Assembly (NCBI GenBank): GCA_002269645.1 | Contig: NIVC01000267.1 | Location: forward strand, 248,001 to 312,000 | Length of the DNA stretch: 64,000 nucleotides | Source of the DNA: Macrostomum lignano | Taxonomy: Eukaryota | Reading direction: 5' to 3' | Part shown: positions 14,053 through 38,005 of the stretch, one piece after another | Position numbering within the stretch: position 1 is the first letter of the stretch | Layout of the letters: every line of letters begins with the position of its first letter | Translations under genes and position numbers: made by a program | The notes under the pieces: model-generated | Seen by the model: the letters and a program-made list of their open reading frames with translations, nothing else | What the model was told of the DNA's origin: nothing | Database searches by the model: none

Positions 14053-14670
14053 AGAGAGTTGGGGAGAGTTGAGGTGAGTTGAGGAGAGTTGAGGAGAGTT
14101 GAGGAGAGTTGGGGAGAGTTGGGGAGAGTTGGGGAGAGTTGGGGAGAGTTGGGGAGAGTCGGGGAGAGTTGGGAAGAGTTGGGAAGAGTTGGGGAGAGTT
14201 GGGGAGAGTTGGGGAGAGTTGGGGAGAGTTGGGGAGAGTTGGGGAGAGTCAGGGAGAGTTGGGAAGAGTTGGGGAGAGTTGGGGAGAGTTGGGGAGAGTT
14301 GGGGAGAGTTGGGGAGAGTTGGAGAGAGTCGGGGAGAGTTGGGGAGAGTTGGGGAGAGTTGGGGAGAGTTGGGGAGAGTTGGGGAGAGTTGGAGAGAGTC
14401 GGGGAGAGTTGGGGAGAGTTGGGGAGAGTTGGGGAGAGTTGGGGAGAGTTGGGGAGAGTTGGGGAGAGTTGGGGAGAGTCGGGGAGAGTTGGGAAGAGTT
14501 GGGGAGAGTTGGGGAGAGTTGGGGAGAGTTGGGGAGAGTTGGGGAGAGTTGGAGAGAGTCGGGGAGAGTTGGGGAGAGTTGGGGAGAGTTGGGGAGAGTT
14601 GGGGAGAGTTGGGAAGAGTTGGGGAGAGTTGGGAAGAGTTGGGAAGAGTCGGGGAGAGTTGGGGAGAGTC
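14053..14670. repeat. 10-mer G-rich minisatellite GGGGAGAGTT
   Basis: About 60 tandem copies between the convergent Six1/2 and APCDD1 3' ends. Confidence 0.96.
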
Positions 14671-16119
14671 AGAATTTGGGAGAGTCGTGGAGTAGGCAAG
14701 TTTTGCGACATTTTTTCTTATTACTTCAAGTAGAAGTCAGTCCCGCTGCTGAAGCAATAGAGGCGACCCTTGAGACCAAAACAAAATTCGCATAAAAATG
14801 ATGCATCACAAAAGTAAATTGCTATTTGCCTACTTTAAGTAGGCTATAGCAACCATTATTCATCTATTTTACACTAAATTTCAATGAAGCGACGGTGCAC
14901 AGCACTTATATTCAATGTTTCTGTTTCTCAACCACCAAGAGGCATATGAAAGTTATCCATCTGAACACGTAAAGTTAAAATGGATTAAGTAGTGAAGTTC
15001 GCGGGTCGCGGTCTGGCTCTATGGATCTTTCCCTTCTGCTCCCAGGGTCCTCCAGCCAGCAGCACCAGCCGACCGAGTCCGCGCACTTTTGCTTGACTTT
15101 GACACTGAACTGGACTCGGCCTTCTCTTCTCATTCTCTAGCGACCTCGTGCAGTCTCTCAGGCCTCAAAGCAACAGGCATAATGAAATCTTCTCACGCGG
15201 TCACCCCCCGCTCGAGTTGGAAATTGCATTTTGCGTGCCTATGCGAGAAATTGGGACACTAGGGGTGTATAGAATCCCCAATCCCTCGCTGGCTCGATCC
15301 CCCTCCTCACAGTCTTCGTTTACTGGGGGGTTGATTGCATCTGCATCTACTGGTTCAATTTGAAGCCGAGGGTGTTGCGTCACAAACAGAATTGTCAGGA
15401 ACAAACTGTATCCTGATTGCTGCCATGGAAAGGCTTTGAGACAGCAGCGATTGTTGCCATCGAATTCAAGGTCAGATAGTTTGCAGGGGAGCTGTGGCAA
15501 GCGGTCACACAGGAATTTACAATCGTACAACCCCACCCCCTTGGCCCCAAATTAATGTTGGCTCGGTGCGAGAGTGCGGGCTCTGGTCTAAGAGAATCCA
15601 TCCACTTGTCGAAGTGTTCACCCTGTCGGATCAACAATCAGGAGACGTTGTCTATAAATCGCCTCTTTGTCTGCAGCAGCTCCTGACCCAGTGACCCCCC
15701 CCCCCTGTTGGGCCGCGATGTCTTAACACAGGCCGTTAATCATGAGCTTCCCTTGTGAATTCTTTGTCAACTTAACTTTACGATCTATGCGGCGCGTAAA
15801 TTCCATTGAGCTGCGCCAATCTTTGTAGTGGGATCTGGAGCCACTTGACCTCTATTTCTCCTTCTCGCACCGCCCCGATCCGATACGCAGTTTTATCAGC
15901 TGTCGCCTGCCAGAAAAAAACTTGAATTGAGAGACAACAATGCGCAGATTGTAAAGCGTTTGGAAATGTATTATTATTACAAATTTTACACGCGCATAAC
16001 ACTGAGACACATTGAAATTTTACGACAAAAAAGCATCGATGCAGTGCAGCATTTGGGTTTAGGAATAATTCAAAGATTTTCAGCATTTTCTTTTGAGCTT
16101 TTATCAGCGAGTTCTGCTT

Positions 16120-27384
<11,265 letters not shown>

Positions 27385-27485
27385 GGATGGATTGGAGCTG
27401 TGCGTCTCTGTGTAGGCGTGTTGGGGATGCTTGGAATCAGCGTTCATAAGATTTGAGCGGATTTTTGAGCCGGATGGATTTTCCC

Positions 27486-30400
27486 AGGGGCGGATACTGC
27501 TGGGGCGGATACTGCTGGGGGCGGATACTGCTGGGGCGGATACTGCTGGGGCGGATACTGCTGGGGCGGATACTGCTGGGGCGGATACTGCTGGGGGCGG
27601 ATACTGCTGGGGCGGATACTGCTGGGGCGGATACTGCTGGGGCGGATACTGCTGGGGGCGGATACTGCTGGGGGCGGATACTGCTTGGGGGCGGATACTG
27701 CTGGGGGCGGATACTGCAGGGGCGGATTCTGGTGGAGGTGGGTTCTGGTGGGGCGGATACTTCTGGGGACCGATACTGCTAGTTGGTGGATACTGCTAGG
27801 GGTGGAGACTGCTAGGGGGTGGATACTGCTAGAGGGTGGATACTGCTGGGGGTGGATACTGCTGGGGGTGGATACTGCTAGAGGGTGGATACTGCTGGGG
27901 GTGGATACTGCTGGGGGTGGATACTGCTGGGGGTGGATACTGCTAGGGGTGGATACTGCTGGGGGCGGATACTGCTGGGGCGGATACTGCTGGGGGCGGA
28001 TACTGCTGGGGCGGATACTGCTGGGGCGGATACTGCTGGGGCGGATACTGCTGGGGGCGGATACTGCTGGGGGCGGATACTGCTTGGGGGCGGATACTGC
28101 TGGGGGCGGATACTGCAGGGGCGGATTCTGGTGGAGGTGGGTTCTGGTGGGGCGGATACTTCTGGGGACCGATACTGCTAGTTGGTGGATACTGCTAGGG
28201 GTGGAGACTGCTAGGGGGTGGATACTGCTAGAGGGTGGATACTGCTGGGGGTGGATACTGCTGGGGGTGGATACTGCTAGAGGGTGGATACTGCTGGGGG
28301 TGGATACTGCTGGGGGTGGATACTGCTGGGGGTGGATACTGCTAGGGGGTGGATACTGCTGGGGGTGGAGACTGCTAGGGGTGGATACTGCTGGGGGTGG
28401 AGACTGCTAGTTGGTGGATACTGCTAGGGGTGGAGACTGCTGGGGGTGGAGACTGCTGGGGGCGGATACTGCTGGGGGCGGATACTGCTTGGGGGCGGAT
28501 ACTGCTGGGGGCGGATACTGCAGGGGCGGATTCTGGTGGAGGTGGGTTCTGGTGGGGCGGATACTGCTGGGGGCGGATACTGCAGGGGCGGATTCTGGTG
28601 GAGGTGGGTTCTGGTGGGGCGGATACTTCTGGGGACCGATACTGCTAGTTGGTGGATACTGCTAGGGGTGGAGACTGCTAGGGGGTGGATACTGCTAGAG
28701 GGTGGATACTGCTGGGGGTGGATACTGCTGGGGGTGGATACTGCTAGAGGGTGGATACTGCTGGGGGTGGATACTGCTGGGGGTGGATACTGCTGGGGGT
28801 GGATACTGCTAGGGGGTGGATACTGCTGGGGGTGGAGACTGCTAGGGGTGGATACTGCTGGGGGTGGAGACTGCTAGTTGGTGGATACTGCTAGGGGTGG
28901 AGACTGCTGGGGGTGGAGACTGCTAGGGGTGGATACTGCTGGGGGTGGATACTTCTGGGGGTGGATACTGCTGGGGGTGGATACTGCTAGAGGTTGGATA
29001 CTGCTGGGGGTGGAGACTGCTAGGGGTGGATACTGCTGGGGGTGGAGACTGCTAGGGGGTGGATACTGCTAGGGGTGGATACTGCTAGGGGGTGGAGACT
29101 GCTAGGGGGTGGATACTGCTGGGGGTGGAGACTGCTGGGGGTGGATACTGCTGGGACAGATACTGCTGGGGGCGGATACTGCTGGGACAGATACTGCTGG
29201 GGGCGGATACTACAGGGGCGGATACTGTTTGGGGGCAGATACTGCTGGGGCTGATACTGTTTGGGGGCGGATACTGCTGGGGGCGGATACTGCTGGGGGC
29301 GGATACTGCAGGGGACAGATACTGCTGGGGCGGATACTGCAGGGACGGATTCTGGTGGAGGTGGGTTCTGGTGGGGCGGATACTGCTGGGGACCGATACT
29401 GCTAGGCCTAGGGGTGGATACTGCTAGGGGTGGATACTGCTAGGGGTGGATACTGCTAGGGGTGGATACTGCTAGGGGTGGATACTGCTAGGGGTGGATA
29501 CTGCTAGGGGTGGATACTGCTGGGGGTGGATACTGCTCATACATGTGCAACCTCCAAAATTCGGTCAGCCGTGCGACTTAGTTTTAACAAAAATGCGACG
29601 TAGTTTTTGGCCAAAAATGCGACTTACATATAAAAAAACCCAAAAGCAAAATTAACACAACTTTGGGTAAACGGCAGGAGTAACTATGACTGTTTTATTA
29701 AGCTAAAATGCCTCGTCAGCTACTTAGTACTACTACTCGGGTTATTTTTTGGGTGGGCATTTTTGCGACTTCCTTGATTGGCCGCCAAATCGGTCGGCCG
29801 GATCGGCCGACTCGGCCGACTGTTGCGCATGTATGATACTGCTAGGGGTGGATACTGCTAGGGGTGGATACTGCTAGGGGTGGATACTGCTAGGGGTGGA
29901 TACTGCTAGGGGGTGGAGACTGCTAGGGGGTGGATACTGCTGGGGGTGGAGACTGCTAGGGGGTGGAGACTGCTGGGGGTGGAGACTGCTGGGGGTGGAG
30001 ACTGCTGGGGTGGATACTGCTGGGACAGATACTGCTGGGGGTGGAGACTGCTGGGGGTGGAGACTGCTAGGGGGTGGAGACTGCTAGGGGGTGGAGACTG
30101 CTGGGGGTGGAGACTGCTGGGGGTGGAGACTGCTGGGGGTGGATACTGCTGGGACAGATACTGCTGGGGGTGGAGACTGCTGGGGGTGGAGACTGCTAGG
30201 GGGTGGAGACTGCTAGGGGGTGGAGACTGCTGGGGGTGGAGACTGCTGGGGGTGGAGACTGATGGGGGCGGATACTGCTGGGACAGATACTGCTGGGGGT
30301 GGAGACTGCTGGGGGTGGAGACTGCTAGGGGTGGAGACTGCTAGGGGGTGGAGACTGCTGGGGTGGAGACTGCTGGGGGTGGAGACTGCTAGGGGGTGGA

Positions 30401-30815
30401 GACTGCTAGGGGTGGATACTGCTGGGGGTGGAGACTGCTAGGGGTGGATACTGCTGGGGGTGGAGACTGCTAGGGGGTGGAGACTGCTAGGGGGTGGAGA
30501 CTGCTGGGGGTGGAGACTGCTGGGGGTGGAGACTGCTGGGGGTGGATACTGCTGGGACAGATACTGCTGGGGGTGGAGACTGCTGGGGTGGAGACTGCTA
30601 GGGGGTGGAGACTGCTAGGGGGTGGATACTGCTGGGACAGATACTGCTGGGGGTGGAGACTGCTGGGGTGGAGACTGCTAGGGGTGGAGACTGCTAGGGG
30701 GTGGAGACTGCTGGGGGTGGAGACTGCTGGGGGTGGAGACTGCTAGGGGGTGGAGACTGCTAGGGGGTGGATACTGCTGGGGGTGGAGACTGCTAGGGGG
30801 TGGATACTGCTGGGG
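27486..30815. repeat. 3.3-kb G-rich 15/16-mer satellite GGATACTGCT(G/A)GGGG(C/T), shifting to GGAGACTGCT distally
   Basis: Tandem array interrupted once by a MITE at 29538-29835. Confidence 0.96.
29538..29835. mobile_element. 298-bp non-autonomous hAT-like MITE
   Basis: 14-bp TIRs CATACATGTGCAAC / GTTGCGCATGTATG (1 mismatch); 8-bp TSD ATACTGCT at 29530-29537 and 29836-29843. Confidence 0.85.
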
Positions 30816-32244
30816 GGCGGTTAGTTCTTAGGGTGGAAAATGCTGGGTAGTTTCGATAACTCTGGGAGAATATTAAAACGCCAAAGAATCGTAGAATGAC
30901 AGAATTTTGATTCCGATATTTGCAAAAATTTTCCAGCTGTGCATTCTGCATCATTGACATTCCTCCTAGGTAACTAGGCAGCTTACAGTGCAATCTATTT
31001 GTTGGATCGATAAAGCAGAACAAGCATTGCCTGTCAAACACTGCATTTACCACCAGACCCAGTCAACCTGGAGAGTCGGCTTAGAGGGGGGGGGGTTGAA
31101 CAATCGACCAACAAATTACTGGAGCAGAAAATTTCGAAACTCTTTTATTGTTCGAGTGAATCAAGCAATGCAACAATTAGATGAGTTTATAGTGGCAACA
31201 GTAAACTCACCGTTCACAGCTGCGGGAGGCTATTGTCTCTGAGTAGCAGCAGCACCGCCTGTCACTTCATCTCTCCCTCTGTCTCACCTGCTCAGAATAT
31301 TCTCAAGTTCTCACGTGGCCAGCCAGTCTCTATAGGCGCGTTCTCAAACTTTGCTAATTAATTTATTAGCTGTGTACCGCGCGCTGGATCAGACGAAAGC
31401 ACTGCAGGCGACCTCTCAGAGAGAAAACTTTAGTCTTAAAAAGGCACAACCAACGGTGACTGACCAACCCGGCGAAGCTGCATGGCGATTGCTTTCCAGA
31501 TACGCGAGCCAATGGCAGGTTGAGCTGGTATTGTGGTTTGAATGGCAGAAATTAAGTATATGCATAGCCTCCTACTATCAAGTAGAGAGTTGAGATCACA
31601 TTAGAGAGAATATTTTGCACTGGAAATATAGCTAGTGTATAGTTAAACGGTACAACAAAACAGTGTAACAGTGTAACAGGTATAACAGAACATGACTAGC
31701 TAGCTATAATACAATAACTGTCTGTTGTACTTTTTCTGAAAAAGCGATAAAAAACTCAAGGGCCTAATTTTCTATTGCAGAATAAAACTCTTGCTTGATC
31801 AGTGGCGCAATTAGGATTTAATCTTTGGGGTGGGATTTTTTTAAGCAAATCAAAATCTAAATCACGAATGACGAATTTATGCGCTTCCACTTATTTAAAA
31901 AGCTTGTTGTACCTGTGTATTATATTTTTTATCACAACTACGAACATAACGCTTGATATCATGCATGGCTTTGTATGTTGTATTCATTATCGCTGAAAAG
32001 TTGTATTCCGGCCGCGGTTAACCCCGACCCCGGCCTTCCCCTCTGCCTACTGCAGCCGCTAGTGGGATTCATCCACGTATCGTCCCTTGCTTACTGGGCA
32101 ACTAGCATTGTTATTAATATTATTATTACCTGTAATCATGTAATCTAGTGCACCTGTATGATTCGTCGGCGCCATCGTTGGTAAGTCAATTGACGCTAGT
32201 AGCTCGTTGAGCTCATCCTGACCGTTGAGAACTGAAACAGCTGG

Positions 32245-32480
32245 AACAGCAGCAGAGCTGGCACCAGCCAGGGCGTCAGCAGCAGAGCTGGCACCAGCCA
32301 GGGCGTCAGCAGCAGAGCTGGCACCGGCCAGGGCGTCAGCAGCAGAGTTGGCACCAGCCAGGGCGTCAGCAGCAGAGCTGGCACCAGCCAGGGCGTCAGC
32401 AGCAGAGCTGGCACCAGCCAGGGCGTCAGCAGCAGAGCTGGCACCAGCCAGGGCGTCAGCAGCAGAGGTGGCACCAACCG
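32245..32480. repeat. 30-mer tandem repeat GCAGCAGAGCTGGCACCAGCCAGGGCGTCA, possibly coding on the - strand (SAADALAGAS)n
   Basis: About 8 copies, unit length a multiple of 3, inside a stop-free minus-strand frame 32556-32059. Confidence 0.85.
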
Positions 32481-34454
32481 GAGCGTCGTCAACAGCAGCA
32501 GCAGCAGCAGCAGCAGAGCAAACTGAGATTCCATCAGGCTCGATGTCGTCGCCTTCTTCTTAAAAAATTATAGGGCTATCAGATTGAAGCATTTCCTTCC
32601 CTCTAATTGACGGCGCCTGACGGATAGGAAATGCAATACCTTCAACTGCTTTTCCGCTTCCTCCTGACAGTGCATTCCTTCTCCTGGGATTAGTTCAAAG
32701 TCATCATCTGAGTTGGTGCTGTCACCTCTGTCTGCACTTGCCGGGCGAATGACGCCATTAATTACCTGGCTCAGCAGGTTGGAGCGTTGCTTGGTCTCCT
32801 TTTTCCGAAAAAAGAAGGACTTCCGAACACTGCCAACAGACAGGATCCATTTTGTTAAATTCTGCCAGTTTGCATGGCGATTAGAGTCAAGGCCTCCTTG
32901 CTTGCACTTTTTACAGTCTAAGCACACTTCATAGTGCCATTCGGTCGCCATTTTTAGTTAATTCTTTTGCCTTTTTACTGAACTTATGTTGATAGCAGCA
33001 CAAAACTTCCGAATAATTATAGGTGCTTTTGTAGGCTTTGCGAATCTGAATTTTATCAAGTAGTAGGTTATATATTTGGCGCGGTGGCCATTTTAACCTC
33101 GAGTCATAAACGGAGCCTCGGTAATTACTAGATAGCAACGCTTCCCTGCTCCATTCGCCATAAAGATTTACCCGCAATATCAAGTCACACAGACACACAA
33201 GTTTTAAACTTAATTAACCACAAAGGCAGGCTCGTAAACATTGTATTCAATATTCCATTGTAAGGGGACTCAAATTTAAAAACATATTTCTCCCAGTTTA
33301 ATGCTAATCAAATTAATTTAAATTAGGAGCTCGTACTTAGAGCTATATGTACACAGATTCAAGAATACAAACAAATTCAAACATATTTACAAATTGAAGT
33401 GCTCTCATAGATGATTCCTTATTTACCCCCCCCCCTCTCTGAAAGCAAGTGCATAGGAATTGCATAACCGAAGCCCCATTTCCTTCCTTTCTAAGTGTTC
33501 AGTGAAGGCTAGCCATTAACACGCTTGCCAATTATAGGGTTGGCGCCTGTGCAACCCTCCGCAAATTACCTGTACAACCCCTTCCTTATCTCTCCCCCTA
33601 GCAAGACCTATACCCCCGCTGGGCTGCTGCGTCACACTGCCCTATCCTTTTATCATTTAAAATCAGTTAATGTACGTGTCCAATTGTACCGTATGCATTT
33701 TACTCTGCATTTTAGGTGGAAATGTCGCACAATAACCGAGCAAGCAACGAACTGAGTTTTGCATTCATTTAGCATTAGCTATTCAAGCAGCCCTTTCAAA
33801 ATGAATGCAGCAAAATTACATGAGCCAGAAAATTCTCAGCCAACACAAAAGAATAAACTACTACTATTGCAGTGGAAAATTCGGGGCAGAGATGAGAACC
33901 GGTTTGCTTGTAAATACGATGGCTTGCATAGCTAAAAGCTGCAGAGAGCTTAAGAAACGATTCTAAGAACCCTCCCTAAATGTGACTTTACAATACGTTG
34001 GACAACAATAAGTGAAGCATGCTGCAAAAATTGAGAGTAAGTTAAAAATCAAGAAATCTTTCTGCCCATTCTCGTTTGAGTTCGATTCAACATTTTTTAT
34101 CTTTTGTGCATTTGCTCTGTGAGAGTTCTGACTTCAGTAGCAACAGCTGTTAGGCAGGAATCAGGATGAGTTTCATTTCAAAAGATAAACTTTGAAGTGC
34201 TATATCGCTTTTTGCTGTATTAAAAATTTTATTTTGAGTGTTTTAGTTTCTACGGCTGCAGTCAGTGGTCAGTCTAATGTTAGTAACTTTAAATTTACGT
34301 CAAAACATGAAAAATTAATGTTGCAATAGTTTCCTTACGAGTATATTACGAGCGTAGCGAATACTCTGGCATCGAAGTTCGTTTATTAATGTTTTTTTCA
34401 AAAGACATGTAAATTTTCCCCTTATATTAATCTCATTTATGACGAAGCCACACT

Positions 34455-34766
<312 letters not shown>

Positions 34767-34829
34767 ATGTTATATGTTGCTCTTAAAAACTTTTACTCAC
34801 ATGACAAAAATAAAAACTCAACTTTTCAG

Positions 34830-36759
34830 ATGGTGAAAAACCAACAGATGCTTTGTCGACTTTTCCTTGTCGTATTTGCTGTTGCTCTCCTGGGAGCATA
34901 TATCTACAGTCGTAAATCAGGCTTTGAGCACTCCGACTTATCTAAGACTGAGTCCAAACGTTCTAGTTTAAAGAATGTGGGGGCTGACAGTACTTCGGCT
35001 TTCCACAGTACGTTTAGCACAGGAGAGGCAAAAGCCAATGCAGAAAGTGAAAAGAAGAAGTGTTTCAAAGTGACATTTACGCAGAAAATGGCGAGTACCT
35101 CTTTCATGTTTTTATCACTGCACCACAGTAAGACGGATGATAAAAACACGACTCACTGCTTCACCGCTTGAAATATTACAGCTAGGCAAGATCTGCGCTC
35201 CGAATCCGAACCCCGCCATCTGCAGCGTTTCCACAATCGCCCATCTGGACAGCAGCGAGTTCAAGACGGCCCGTCTGAGTCACCCCACCGGCTACATCAC
35301 CATGTTTGTTCACCCTTCCTGGGACTTAATCTCACAGGCCATCATCAGCAGGAACGAGTGGGAGTCGGAGCAGACGACTTTCATTCGCAAGGCTCTGGAG
35401 CTGCTGCCAGGCGCAGGGCTGCTGGACGTTGGCAGCCAGTTGGGAGCTTACAGCCTGCACGCTGCGCAGATGGGACGCCGGGTTGTGGCGATCGACGCTT
35501 TCTACCAGGTAAACTAGCTGTAGCTATGTTGTGGTTAGACACTGAAAACTTTTTTCCTCTGGCTGCGGGTCAGATGAGATGAGAGAAGAGGGGACGGAAT
35601 GGAGGAGGGAGAAGAGAAAGGAGGAGATACGATATGACAGAATAGAGGAGAGGAGATAAGTGAGAAAGGGGATGAGAGAGGAGAGAGGAAAAAGAAAAGA
35701 AGAGACAAATCTTGTGCAGACCGGATTGCTATTTTGAAGATTCAAAGGACCCGAGAACCGGACGTAGAGGCCAGAGTTTGCTGTAAATCTTCAAAACAGC
35801 ATTACCTCAGCTGAATCAGCTGAAATCTCGTCAATAAAGACACCGAAGCTGCCAGTACTGATCGCCAGGGGGTAGCGGAATCGGCGTTGACGCTTCCCCA
35901 ATGTATCCGGATGCCCGGAACCCAGTCAAGTGAAGTCAAGCCAGTACTCGTATGTTATGCAAAAAGGCAGGCTACCTTCTAAAAAAGGTAAAAAAAAAGT
36001 TTTGAGGACGATTTAGCACTTCTCGATATGACTGTCGCCAACATGAATAGTTGCCATTTCTAATAGTTCAGCTGTTCATAAAGTTTACAATTGAAACATT
36101 TGGAGTTTTAGACACACAAAAAAATTCTCGAAGCAAAGCTTTGGTGCTCGATCCTTTCAAGCATAGAAATTCAGGTGTGCATCAAGAGTGCACGCGCACC
36201 CTTCACCGCAATCCGATTTTGAATTCTGCAGAACTCCATCCGCCTCTTCGCCTCGGTGACAGCAAACGGCTTTCAAGACCAAGTGCGGGTGTACTGGAAC
36301 GCCCTTGGTGTGAAGAGCAACGGCAAGATGAACATCGCCCTGCCCAGCACCTGCAACACTGGAGGTGGCGGGCCCGCGAGTAAAGGCGACAGCAGTATAT
36401 CTGATTTTATCGACGTGCGAACGGCTTCCCTTGACGAGATCGTCGTCGGAGACGGCTGCTTCTCCGGCGTCAGCGAACTCGTTTTGAAGGTCGACATGGA
36501 AGCGCAGGAGTGGCTGGTCAAAGCCACCGGTGCCAAAGTCTTCAAGCGCTTCAAAGTGTCCGTGATCATGATGGAGTGGGAGGGCACGAAAATGCACCAC
36601 TCGGATATAGCTCCCGGCATCATCGAGTTCTACAAGTCGCACGGCCTGCTGCCGCACAACCTGGTCCGCACCCGGTTGGTGCGGCTAGGCGAGGACTTCA
36701 AGTCTTGGCCGTGGGACGTCTTCTGGGCCACGAAAGAGTTCGCAGCCAAGAAAGTCTGA
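34830..36759 (+). CDS. Type II membrane FkbM-family (Methyltransf_21) SAM-dependent methyltransferase, join(34830..35090,35182..35508,36232..36759), ~371 aa; first intron boundaries uncertain
   Basis: N-terminal signal-anchor ([16 protein letters not shown]); SAM motif [14 protein letters not shown]; VVAIDAFYQ|NSIRL across a phase-0 GT-AG intron; FkbM motifs [16 protein letters not shown] and IMMEW; stop TGA at 36759; AATAAA at 36831. Confidence 0.8.
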
Positions 36760-38005
36760 AGGTCCATCTCTGAATTCTCGAACTCTTTTCAATACTACTT
36801 TTTGCATTGGTTGTCATAGAAATCTCGACTAATAAAAGTCGACTTTAGTAAGTACTGATTTCAAATGGCAAATTATAAGATCCCTTGTACGAGAGCATAT
36901 GCTTCTGCATAATGCTTACTGACACTTGCGTATTTCTTTACCCTGAGCTGTAAAATCATTACGAGCTAGGGTGCAAAAAGTGTTTGGCGGACAAAAGAAA
37001 CTCTAAGTACTGTTTTCGCGAATTCTTTTTATCTATAGTATGCAAACTTAGACATGGCGTAGCGAATATCTTTGAATATTTTAACGTTCGTCATTCTGCT
37101 CACTGATGCTTGTTCTTTTATATTTCTATGCTATATTTCTATTAATGATCATTGCCTTTACTCTTATTCATAAAATATTGTAAACTAATTCATATGCTAT
37201 TTAGCTAGAGTACACCTTCAACTTTAATAATAGGTATAAATAAAAGAACAGCATGGATTGCCAATCTGAGCAAGCTTATTTTGATTTTACTTCATTTAGA
37301 TTTTTTGGAGTCTTGGCCGCCGTTTTATTCTATAAGTGGTGGGTTGATCATTCAGAGAGATCATTCCATTACATTTTCATTCCGTTCTTAAAGGCGACAC
37401 AGCTGCATTGTTACAATGATATCCGCATTGCATCAATTTAAGCAATTACGCAGTAAAAATAACGCGTTTTTTTTATTCTTAGAATTGGTCACACACAACT
37501 ATATGAACGTATATTTTCTCTGCAGAGAAACGGTAAAAATAATCATGGGAATGACTTCGTTTTTTTTATTTCAATACGGGTTCAAATTCTTGAAGTCGGA
37601 GGAGAAGCTCACTTTGAAAATTGAAATGTGCAGTTCTCAAACTTGTACTCAGCAAAGATTGATCCCTCGAAACCGGAAACTTCAATTGATCAATTCGATA
37701 TGTTGCAGGCTACACGCGCAGCAAACATGAGTTCGGTGGTTGCTCGTTGCCTCGTTTTGCTGCCCAGTACACCTTTTCTCGTTCAACTTCATCAAAACAA
37801 CAGTTCTTTTTAGACAATACGATATTCTATTTAGAATATCTCTATGGTTTGGAGCACAGTTCCAAGCATTCAAATTAGACAAACTGAAATTCTTTTTAGC
37901 CAGTGAATATTCAATTTAGACAAATACTAGCAATTGAAGCCCCCCCCGTTGGGGAGCAAAGAAACAATGTAATAATTTTAATAATGATGTAATGTAGCTA
38001 GCGAT

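Noticed and set aside
30900-31090. Possible hAT transposase C-terminal remnant (FPAVHSASLTFLLG...)
   Set aside because: Similarity is too weak, stops are present, and no TIR pair was found.
32225-32563. Plus-strand ORF (AAELAPARAS)n
   Set aside because: Non-ATG start with a stop immediately upstream; the minus-strand frame has more protein-like flanks.
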